Origin: Chitinivibrionales bacterium
Lineage (GTDB): Bacteria > Fibrobacterota > Chitinivibrionia > Chitinivibrionales > WJKA01
Reading direction: 5' to 3'
Length of the DNA stretch: 64,000 nt
NCBI GenBank assembly: GCA_038247415.1
Contig: JBBRUX010000011.1
Span: 28,199-92,198, forward strand
A program made the translations under genes and the position numbers. The notes under the pieces were generated by a model, which saw only the letters and a program-made list of their open reading frames with translations, was not told where the DNA came from and ran no database searches. Numbering within the stretch: the first letter of the stretch is position 1; every line of letters starts with the position of its first letter. Shown here piece after piece: positions 48,991-57,462 of the stretch.

Positions 48991-51474
48991 ATGCAAACAC
49001 CATCCGATTATAAAAACATTCTTCAGAAAAAAGCAGCCGAAATCTTTGGTGCGCCAGAATTCTCTACAAGCGGGCTCGAATGTACCCACATCTACACCCA
49101 AGCGGTTGACGAAGCAATCTGTTCTATTTTTGAGCTGCAAGCATCACGTAACAATGCACACGAACGAATCTCGCTTGTTGCCCTTGGCGGTTATGGAAGA
49201 AAAGAATTATGCCCACACTCAGATATCGACCTTCTTGTCTTGCACTCAAGTTCCACTCCCCCTGCCTGTATTGCACCTTTTGTACGTTTTATGTGGGATA
49301 CCGGGCTCAACCTGGGATGCGTTGTTCGATCCCTTTCCGAGTGTAAAGCAATTCTTGGTCAAGATATTGCAACCGATACCGCATTTATCGAAGGTCGTCA
49401 TTTAAGTGGAGATAAAAAACTAACCGACCACCTTTTACTAAAAATTGTTACTGCTCACATACGGCGAACTGCCAAAACATTCTCAGGCTTTATGCATACG
49501 TGCTTATTCCGAAGCCTCCATTCTGAATCCATGAGCATGTTTCGTATTGAGCCCGACCTCAAAAATGGCGTTGCCACGCTTCGTGATTGTCAACGAATGA
49601 TGTGGGCCGAATTTCCGGGGCACGAACATCAATCAATGCAACAATGTTTACAACGTGCCCTGGGCAGCGATACTGCTGCACACGATTTTTACGAAGGATA
49701 CGATTTCCTTACTAAAATGCGCATCGCATTACATTGGGCATGTGGCCATAAGCAAGACATTCTCGAATCGTCACTGCAATCCGATGTTGCCAAGATCCTT
49801 GGCTTTGGAGAAACTGGGGCGGGTAAACTTATGGAACGCTTTTATCGCGTTGTGCGAGCTGTGCGGTTTTCGCTTTTGCTCTACCTAGAAATAAACCCCG
49901 TAAAAAAACAAATGTGGGATAGTGTTCAAAGGCGTATTGGATCGGTGCATGTGGCAGAAGGCTTTGCTATTTCGTCGGGCATTCTTTTTCAAACGACACC
50001 CTCATTTCGGCAGTACGCTCCCAGCACCATTATCATGCTTTTTGTACGAGCACTCAACCAAAAGGCTGCACTTTCGGTTTCTCTCATGCACTCGATAGAA
50101 AAATGCAATGAAACACTTTCCATCGATGACTACAGAATCCCGGCAGTAACAAAAAGCTTTCTTGCCATTATGCGACACGAAAACCGCATTGGCCCAATTC
50201 TTGGGCAACTTCACGAGAGTCGCACACTGGGGAGAATTATCCCGCAATTCGATACTCTTTTTTGTAAAGTTGAATACGATTCATATCACGAACTAACCGT
50301 AGACGAGCATACAATCCAGGCGGTAAGCGCGATCGATGATCTGAAAAATGAAACCGAAACAGTCATGCGTTTGTGCTACGAACAGTATGGTAAACAACAT
50401 ATTCCGGTATTACGATTAGCGCTTCTGTTTCATGACATTGGAAAAGCCATGCAAGGAGATCATTCGCTGCATGGTGTTATTATTGCAAACGAAATGTGCG
50501 ACGTGATTGGACTGCCACAACAAGAGACCAATTTAGTTTGCTTTTTGGTTTTTAACCACCTCAAATTATCTGACCTTTCTCTTATGGGAGATCCTTCCGA
50601 GGCAACCATGAAGGAAATGGGCTGTATGATAGCAACGCCACAAACACTTGCACTACTCTATCTTCTTACCGTAACCGACATTCGAAAAGTTGGCAGGGCT
50701 ACCTGGACAGGGTGGAAATCGTTTGTATTTGAGCAACAGTTCGGGCGCCTTTCCGAAGCAATTAAGACTCTAGACTCGCCCGCAACGCATGAATCTGAAC
50801 CCTTGATGTCAGTGTTCTCGATGGCATCAGACGAATCGGTTTTTGCAGAATTATCTGCCCAAACTACAAGCGATGCGATTTCAATACGATCGGAGTCTTT
50901 TGCAGGATTTGATCGGCTTATTATATGCGGACCAGATCGCATAGGATTTCTTGCAGATATTATCGGATGTTTAAGCTCAGAAGGATATAATATTCTTTCG
51001 GCGCACATTCTCTCTAAAAACAATCAGGCACTTGATGTTTTCACCGTGGAGCCACCAAAGCTGCCTGCCATTACTGTATCTAAACGAATTGACAACTTGT
51101 ATAAAAAATGGGATTTGCTTAAGCGAGGATTAGCAACTGCAAAAACACTGGTAGAAAACCGCCTCGCTACCTACCCTATCCGAAACTTTCGAACCCACAA
51201 AAAGCCCCGCGCCCCGGTAATAACATTTGTCAATAATGATAATCAGGCGTACACAACGCTTCGCATCGATGCAGAGGATTCTGTGGGGCTTGTGTATAAA
51301 ATTGCTTCTACGTTATCGGAATGCAGTGTTAATATCATTGGGGCGCATTTGTTTACAAGGGTCGACAAAGCCTCCGATATTTTTCATATTACCAGCAGTT
51401 CACTCTCCCCAATCTACACCAAAGAAACACTTGCCCAAATCAGAAGTGCCTTAGAAACCCATTTGGAATTATAG
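48991..51474 (+). CDS. glnD: PII uridylyltransferase/uridylyl-removing enzyme GlnD
   Basis: ALGGYGRKELCPHSDIDLL, EPDLKNGVATLRD, YHELTVDEHT, LFHDIGK (HD domain) and two ACT domains (DRIGFLADI, DSVGLVYKI). Confidence 0.9.
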   Translation: MQTPSDYKNILQKKAAEIFGAPEFSTSGLECTHIYTQAVDEAICSIFELQASRNNAHERISLVALGGYGRKELCPHSDIDLLVLHSSSTPPACIAPFVRFMWDTGLNLGCVVRSLSECKAILGQDIATDTAFIEGRHLSGDKKLTDHLLLKIVTAHIRRTAKTFSGFMHTCLFRSLHSESMSMFRIEPDLKNGVATLRDCQRMMWAEFPGHEHQSMQQCLQRALGSDTAAHDFYEGYDFLTKMRIALHWACGHKQDILESSLQSDVAKILGFGETGAGKLMERFYRVVRAVRFSLLLYLEINPVKKQMWDSVQRRIGSVHVAEGFAISSGILFQTTPSFRQYAPSTIIMLFVRALNQKAALSVSLMHSIEKCNETLSIDDYRIPAVTKSFLAIMRHENRIGPILGQLHESRTLGRIIPQFDTLFCKVEYDSYHELTVDEHTIQAVSAIDDLKNETETVMRLCYEQYGKQHIPVLRLALLFHDIGKAMQGDHSLHGVIIANEMCDVIGLPQQETNLVCFLVFNHLKLSDLSLMGDPSEATMKEMGCMIATPQTLALLYLLTVTDIRKVGRATWTGWKSFVFEQQFGRLSEAIKTLDSPATHESEPLMSVFSMASDESVFAELSAQTTSDAISIRSESFAGFDRLIICGPDRIGFLADIIGCLSSEGYNILSAHILSKNNQALDVFTVEPPKLPAITVSKRIDNLYKKWDLLKRGLATAKTLVENRLATYPIRNFRTHKKPRAPVITFVNNDNQAYTTLRIDAEDSVGLVYKIASTLSECSVNIIGAHLFTRVDKASDIFHITSSSLSPIYTKETLAQIRSALETHLEL

Positions 51475-51491
51475 CAAGCGGTTGTAGTACT

Positions 51492-54296
51492 TTATAATCG
51501 CCGTTTTGAAAGATCCTTAATGAGCCGATCGGTTCGGGTGTAAAGCCACGATTGCGGAGGAATCTTGTCGAGGAGTTCATAGAGGTATTCCCGTGCAAGT
51601 TTATGGTTGCCCAGTGAAATTGCTTTATAGGCCAAATACCATAAATAGTTCGGATTATCTAGTGCAAGCGCTTTATATCTCTCAATAAAATGCTTATCGG
51701 TAATATCGCCCCGATACAATTGGCCAATTATCCGTGGCAATGGAAATGGATGTGGGCCATCGACTATTGTAGCGAGGAGTTCGTTACGATCATCGTTACA
51801 AAAACCCAAAGCCGCTAATTCGATGATATGCAATTGAGCCAAGTACCGCTCTGGCAGATTTCCTGGACAATCACGAGCCATGGTACGATAAATGGTTAAC
51901 GCATCGGAAACACTCTGGTCGTATTCGTAAATAGTCGCAAGAATAAGCCACGATTGCCAGACAGCCTCGCTGCGTTCGCTCAGAGCAACGGCTCGGTTAA
52001 GCGCATCGATGGCAAGGGATTTTTCCTGCAAACTCAGATAGACCTGTGCAATTTCCTTGCGCGCTAAAGCAACAACATATGCATTGGTCGTATTGATGCT
52101 ATCCACCTGACGAAGCATAAGCACCGCTCGCTCGTTGCCATCTGACTTCGCAAAACTGCGCGCTACATCAATAAAAAGCTTGCCGGTCTTTTTGGCATAC
52201 GCTGGGTAGTGCGCATTCAGATACAGTAAATTTTCGTGGGCAGAGTCTAGTTCCCCGCGCGAGAAAATCGCCGCTGTTCGATTAAATTGAAAATCGAATG
52301 CTGCCCGGTTCTGGATACTTGCTGGAGCACATATACTTAAACGGGCAAACGCGTCGCGCGAGGCATTGACAATATTGGAATCTGCCGACAACACACCTTT
52401 AAAGAAATAGCCTATCGCAACGGTATTAAATCGATTTTGGCTCGAAATTGGAATAGAGGATAAAATTGCATTCGCCTCCGATAACCGGTTACGCCTGAGT
52501 TGACAATCTGCCATACGCAAACGTATTATCGTGACAAAGTCGGTATTTGGGAGATCGACAAGCAGCGCTTTATATTCTTCGAATGCTGTTTCAAAATCAC
52601 CATGCTCATAAAATCGATCGGCAACAAGGGTTGGACTAGGCACTTGCGGAATTGCAAGTCTGAATACCTTAAGATTATCAAATCGCGCTGCACTTCCATT
52701 CCCAAAAAATCCAATATTCTGGTGATCCTTGCCCAAAGGGGCCATAAGGTCTGCTATGGTTGCAACGAGAATATTGTTTATAAAAAAAGTTAGTTGATGA
52801 TCCCTTTTTTCGATTACAACATGGTATTGCAATGCACTAGGAATGTCGGTATCCTTGATATCAGTATACAAGAAAGTCCCATGAGGATATTCTATTCCGC
52901 AGGCGGGAGTACCATTCTGATTGATATAAAACCGATACCCGTTTTCTGCAGAAGTCCCCCCAATAAAAAAACCTGCCCCATAAAAGTTTTTTTCCGAAAC
53001 ACTGATATCAAATTCTACCCGTATATCGCGCGTAAAGGGACGATCGAGTTTTAAACTACTCATGGGTGAGCCAGAATAGTACAGCGCGTGAGAATCTACT
53101 TTCCAGATATTTTTAGTTTTCCCGTTTGCCTTTACAATTTCATAGTCGGGCGGTAGCGAATCGCTTTCGAAACGTTCTTCGTAAACGAGTCTCCAGCTTG
53201 GCAATTCTTTCTGATTTTGCAAATATACCGAAACACCAAAAAGTGAGGAAAACAATGCAACCAGCAAACCAATCACGACCCATGACCAATGCTTGCGTAC
53301 CAAAAAAAAACAGCGCCCAAAAAAAGACGGAGGACGTGCCACGACAGGATCGCCTCGCTGATACCGCCTGATATCATCTTTAAATTCATCCATGGTTTGA
53401 TAGCGCTTTTCCCTATCGGGATGCATCGCTTTAAGCGTAATAGCTTCGATTTCAACAGGCAACCACGGCACAATTTTGCGGGGCCTGATAGGATCAGATT
53501 CCAAAACATTTATGGTTGTTTGATGAATAGATCGGGGATCGAGATAAGGATTTTTAAATGTTACCATTTCGTAGAGCATTATCCCAAGCGAACAGATATC
53601 CGAGCGAGAATCGTTGCCTTCCCCTAAAAGCCTCTCCGGAGCCATATACGCGGGCGAACCCATAATTTCCCCGGGTTGGGTAATGCCAACACCATCGGTG
53701 CTTTCGAGAGCTTTTGCCAAACCAAAATCTATAAGAACCGGGGTTAGACGGTCTTTCATGATGACATTGTTGAGCTTAAGATCGCGGTGCAAAATTTTTT
53801 GGCCATGTGCATACGAGAGAGCATCGGCAAGCCGGGCAACAATCTCGAGAACATCGATAAGTTTTGGTTTTTCGGCGTGAAGATAGTAATAGAGATTTTT
53901 TCCAGCAATGTAATCCATTGCCAAAAAGTAAATATTATCTTCCATGCCAACTTCATGAATATTGACAATATTCGGGTGTGTCAAGTGCGCCACCGAATGA
54001 GCTTCGGCAAGAAACCTATCGACAAACGACCTATTGATCGTAATATTTGCTGGCAAAACTTTTAAGGCTACATCCCGATCAAGATCGAGCTGACATGCTT
54101 TATACACCACAGCCATGCCACCACGGTCGATTTCGGAGAGAATTTTGTATTTACCAATGATAGAATTAATCTGAAGAAATGTGCGCTCAATTTGAGGCAT
54201 AATATTTTCGACTTGAATCGAAATGCGCGAATGAGAATTAGACTCCTCGACAGGAGCAGTTTTAGCCTGATCATCCTCGGGGGGCGGGGTGTTCAT
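51492..54296 (-). CDS. Membrane-bound Hanks-type Ser/Thr kinase with extracytoplasmic beta-sandwich and TPR domains
   Basis: GGMAVVYKA, VALK, HRDLKLNN, DFG and GSPAYMAPE; one TM segment (WSWVVIGLLVALFSSLFGVSVYL). Confidence 0.92.
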   Translation of the reverse strand: MNTPPPEDDQAKTAPVEESNSHSRISIQVENIMPQIERTFLQINSIIGKYKILSEIDRGGMAVVYKACQLDLDRDVALKVLPANITINRSFVDRFLAEAHSVAHLTHPNIVNIHEVGMEDNIYFLAMDYIAGKNLYYYLHAEKPKLIDVLEIVARLADALSYAHGQKILHRDLKLNNVIMKDRLTPVLIDFGLAKALESTDGVGITQPGEIMGSPAYMAPERLLGEGNDSRSDICSLGIMLYEMVTFKNPYLDPRSIHQTTINVLESDPIRPRKIVPWLPVEIEAITLKAMHPDREKRYQTMDEFKDDIRRYQRGDPVVARPPSFFGRCFFLVRKHWSWVVIGLLVALFSSLFGVSVYLQNQKELPSWRLVYEERFESDSLPPDYEIVKANGKTKNIWKVDSHALYYSGSPMSSLKLDRPFTRDIRVEFDISVSEKNFYGAGFFIGGTSAENGYRFYINQNGTPACGIEYPHGTFLYTDIKDTDIPSALQYHVVIEKRDHQLTFFINNILVATIADLMAPLGKDHQNIGFFGNGSAARFDNLKVFRLAIPQVPSPTLVADRFYEHGDFETAFEEYKALLVDLPNTDFVTIIRLRMADCQLRRNRLSEANAILSSIPISSQNRFNTVAIGYFFKGVLSADSNIVNASRDAFARLSICAPASIQNRAAFDFQFNRTAAIFSRGELDSAHENLLYLNAHYPAYAKKTGKLFIDVARSFAKSDGNERAVLMLRQVDSINTTNAYVVALARKEIAQVYLSLQEKSLAIDALNRAVALSERSEAVWQSWLILATIYEYDQSVSDALTIYRTMARDCPGNLPERYLAQLHIIELAALGFCNDDRNELLATIVDGPHPFPLPRIIGQLYRGDITDKHFIERYKALALDNPNYLWYLAYKAISLGNHKLAREYLYELLDKIPPQSWLYTRTDRLIKDLSKRRL

Positions 54297-54409
54297 AGTG
54301 TACCTCGTGTAGCAGTCTTATACGCCGCGCTGCAACGTAAGTAGAGCTCCGAAACCGCTCGTTCCAGCTCAATCATAGCGTCAAGAATTGCAGTATTTGA
54401 AGTTTCCAT
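54293..54409 (-). CDS. Unlisted 38-aa ORF (ferritin/rubrerythrin-like first helix), possibly a remnant or leader peptide
   Basis: Translates to METSNTAILDAMIELERAVSELYLRCSAAYKTATRGTL*; its TGA overlaps the kinase ATG (ATGA). Confidence 0.4.
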   Translation of the reverse strand: METSNTAILDAMIELERAVSELYLRCSAAYKTATRGTL

Positions 54410-54469
54410 ACTAGTACTAGTATACACTCCGTAAACGGTTATGTGCAATCCTTATAAATAATATTTGAG

Positions 54470-55435
54470 CTATCTCAAGCGCATGAGCTTGAGAAATTCT
54501 TCGCCTAAAGGAGCAGTAATTGTGTGTTTTTTGTGGCTTATGGGATGCGTAAAAGTAATACGGTACGCATGAAGATAGAGACGTTTTAAATGCGCACTAC
54601 CCGTAAAGAGTTTCGTGTCCCGCGCCAGATCGCCGTAGCGGACGTCCCCAACGATTGGGGATGCGATAGACTGCAGATGGACACGAATCTGATGGGTTCT
54701 TCCGGTATGTATAAATACCTCTAGCAACGAAAAATGATTATTCGATTCGATAACCGAATACTCGCTTTCTGCTTCATCACCACTAGCCGAAACTTTTACT
54801 TTTGTTCCATTGTTTCGTTCGTGGGTTCGCGACAAAGCATCTCGTATGACCGCGCTTTGCTCTGATGGCATACCATGGCAGAGAGCTCGATACTCCTTGA
54901 TGACCGTTCTGTTGCGGAGGTCTTCGTTGAGAATCCGCAAAACCGGTTTTGTCTTTGCAATAAGTACAACTCCCGATGTATCGCGATCGATCCGATGAAC
55001 AAGTGCAGGATCCAGTTCCCGAGCAGATTTTTGCGAAGCCACATATGACTTGGCGCAATCGATAAGCGTAGCATGATCGGTATGCCCTGATCCCCCATGA
55101 ACAACAATGCCAGCGGGCTTATTGCACACAATCAGATGTGGATCTTCGAACAGAATAATAAAATTATTTTTGAAGAATCGGGTTTTACACACATCGAGAA
55201 CCGCATCTTCTCCGGCACTATTTTTTTGCGCAAGTTCAGATTCGGAAACTGCAATAACAAGAGTATCACCATCACATAAGCGATACTGCTCCTTAACACG
55301 TCGACCGTTTATGGTTACGCCACCTGTGCGCACTAATTTATAAATACCCGATAAAGGAAGAAGAGGAAGGCGTTTGCGAAGTATACGGTCCAGTCTTACA
55401 CCGGCGTTGTTATCGTCGATTTGAATAGTTATCAT
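54470..55435 (-). CDS. RluA-family pseudouridine synthase (RluC/D type, S4 domain)
   Basis: RLDRIL, NKPAGIVVH, HRIDRDTSG, TGRTHQIRVH and LYLHA. Confidence 0.92.
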   Translation of the reverse strand: MITIQIDDNNAGVRLDRILRKRLPLLPLSGIYKLVRTGGVTINGRRVKEQYRLCDGDTLVIAVSESELAQKNSAGEDAVLDVCKTRFFKNNFIILFEDPHLIVCNKPAGIVVHGGSGHTDHATLIDCAKSYVASQKSARELDPALVHRIDRDTSGVVLIAKTKPVLRILNEDLRNRTVIKEYRALCHGMPSEQSAVIRDALSRTHERNNGTKVKVSASGDEAESEYSVIESNNHFSLLEVFIHTGRTHQIRVHLQSIASPIVGDVRYGDLARDTKLFTGSAHLKRLYLHAYRITFTHPISHKKHTITAPLGEEFLKLMRLR

Positions 55436-55818
55436 ACCGGTTTTTTTACCCTTGCTATAAAGCCCCAATACAAGCTGCACCCAATCAGTGCACCACAGGA
55501 ATCCGCTGCCCAATCGAGGATATCAGCAGAGCGCAATGGAATGAAAAGCTGATGAATTTCATCGAGAGCACCAAAGAGTATCGTGCATAGTAACCCATAT
55601 GCGAAAGGGTGCTGTGACATTTTGGGAATATGAAGCCACAAGCGTACCCAAAATGCCCCTAAAATTGCATACTCTAAACAATGAGCTCCTTTATCCCAAT
55701 TGACAATTTCGATGGTTGGAATGCTTGTGCCAGGCATCGAGCTAGCCGTAAGCATTACAAGTGCCCACCCACACAGCGGTACCCAATAACGCCATACTTG
55801 AGGGCGAGCTTGTGGCAT
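55432..55818 (-). CDS. VanZ-family membrane protein
   Basis: DKGAHCLEYAIL and DEIHQLFIPLRSA...DWAAD. Confidence 0.85.
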   Translation of the reverse strand: MPQARPQVWRYWVPLCGWALVMLTASSMPGTSIPTIEIVNWDKGAHCLEYAILGAFWVRLWLHIPKMSQHPFAYGLLCTILFGALDEIHQLFIPLRSADILDWAADSCGALIGCSLYWGFIARVKKPV

Positions 55819-55819
55819 A

Positions 55820-56767
55820 TCAATAGCGATCGTAAAGACCGCTTATGGAGCGGCCCTGATTAGTATAGACAATTGCCTTGGCAAAAAGTTCCGCAACAGA
55901 AATCACCTTAAGCTTTGGCATGTGCTTGCTTTCTGGGATAAAAATCGAATCGGTTACCACAAGCCGCGTAAGGGGAGAGTTACGAATTCGTTCCACAGCC
56001 AATCCACTGAGAACCGCATGAACGCAGCACGCTTGGATTTCCAATACGCCTAAATCGGAAAGTGCGCGAGCTGCCTCGGCGATAGATCCACCCGATGCAA
56101 TTTCATCATCAAAAAGAATTACCCGTTTGCCGCGCACATCTCCAATAACATTATGTATAACAGGGCGTTCGGAATCATCGACACGACGTTTGTCCATAAC
56201 TGCCAGAGGTAGCCCAAGCGTAGCAGCATAATATTTTGCATGCTTAGCAGAACCCGAATCCGGAGCAACAACAACGCAATTGTCAAGGCCTTCTTTACGA
56301 TAGTGTTCGCAGAGAATTTTTCCTGCAAGGAGATGGTCTGTTGGGATATGAAAAAAGCCCTGGATTTGAGGAGCATGGAGGTTCATGGTCATGACACGAT
56401 CGGCACCAGCAGTTTCTAAAAGATCTGCCAACAGACGCGCCGTAATAGAAATACGAGGTTCATCTTTTTTATCGGAGCGAACATAGGGGAAATAGGGACT
56501 TACAACGGTAATGCGATCGGCACTCGCATGCTTGATTGCATCAATCATGATAAGCAGCTCCATGATTCCTTCATTGACGGGAGTACATGAAGGCTGAATA
56601 ACGAAAACGTCTTTACCACGTACACTCTCAAGTATTTTAACTTTTATGTTTTCGTTGCTAAACTTTACAATTTCACAACGTCCAAGCTCCACACCAGCAT
56701 ACTCACAAATACTCTTTGCAAGAGGAATATTTGCATTTCCCGAAAAAATTTTAAGCGTATCAATCAT
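55820..56767 (-). CDS. prs: Ribose-phosphate pyrophosphokinase
   Basis: KIFSGNAN, PYFPYVRSDKK, LHAPQIQGFF, VAPDSG and DDEIASGGS. Confidence 0.95.
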   Translation of the reverse strand: MIDTLKIFSGNANIPLAKSICEYAGVELGRCEIVKFSNENIKVKILESVRGKDVFVIQPSCTPVNEGIMELLIMIDAIKHASADRITVVSPYFPYVRSDKKDEPRISITARLLADLLETAGADRVMTMNLHAPQIQGFFHIPTDHLLAGKILCEHYRKEGLDNCVVVAPDSGSAKHAKYYAATLGLPLAVMDKRRVDDSERPVIHNVIGDVRGKRVILFDDEIASGGSIAEAARALSDLGVLEIQACCVHAVLSGLAVERIRNSPLTRLVVTDSIFIPESKHMPKLKVISVAELFAKAIVYTNQGRSISGLYDRY

Positions 56768-56831
56768 AGAAGCTCCCTTACATACCTGCTTTATACGTGG
56801 CGTATCCAATAATTTCTAATACTGCAACAAG

Positions 56832-57275
56832 TTACGAAACTGTTTTTTTGCGTTCATCCCATAAAAAAACGAGATCCATCAAGGAATCATCGATAATGCG
56901 CGGCTGAAGAATATCCTTAGGCTCAAAATAAAACTCCCCTTCAACTAAATCGAGCATAGGATAAATCGCCTCGCGCCCATTTTGGTTTCGGTAGAATGCA
57001 TCTGCCACTTTGCCGTCTACAAAGGTTAAATACCCTTTTCGCCTATGGCAAAAAACATGAAGCACCCCCTGCCTTCGACCAAGTTCCAAAAATTGGATTG
57101 CATCAAGCAGGTTTGTCTGAGATAAATTTCCCGAGAAAACGAAGGTGGTCTGACGATGGGGCCCACCTTCAATCTGGCGCTTGGTTTTGCCATGCAGAGA
57201 CGAAAGGATCAAACCAAAACCAAGTCCTACAAAGCCACCAATAATAAGGAAAAGAATATTCGACGATATGGCCAC
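56832..57275 (-). CDS. DUF4388 (PatA-N-like) domain protein with N-terminal TM
   Basis: FSGNLSQTNLLDAIQFLELGRRQGVL...G..F.DG.V..A...G.EA....L....GEF.F. Confidence 0.75.
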   Translation of the reverse strand: MAISSNILFLIIGGFVGLGFGLILSSLHGKTKRQIEGGPHRQTTFVFSGNLSQTNLLDAIQFLELGRRQGVLHVFCHRRKGYLTFVDGKVADAFYRNQNGREAIYPMLDLVEGEFYFEPKDILQPRIIDDSLMDLVFLWDERKKTVS

Positions 57276-57462
57276 ATAAGCTCCAAAGTTACAAAGATTT
57301 TAAATAGATTTTTAAAAATACATGATTTTCAGACTACAAACCCATATCCTGAAAAAATCAACCTTTTTCTGTTCGATGAACTCCCCTTGGCAGAGAATTT
57401 CTTTTATGATACTATCCATAATAAGGGAATCTCTGGCCATATCACTCTACCCGCGCATAACT

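Noticed and set aside
55432..55818. Glycopeptide resistance locus
   Set aside because: VanZ-family genes are widespread, and there are no vanHAX or vanRS genes here.
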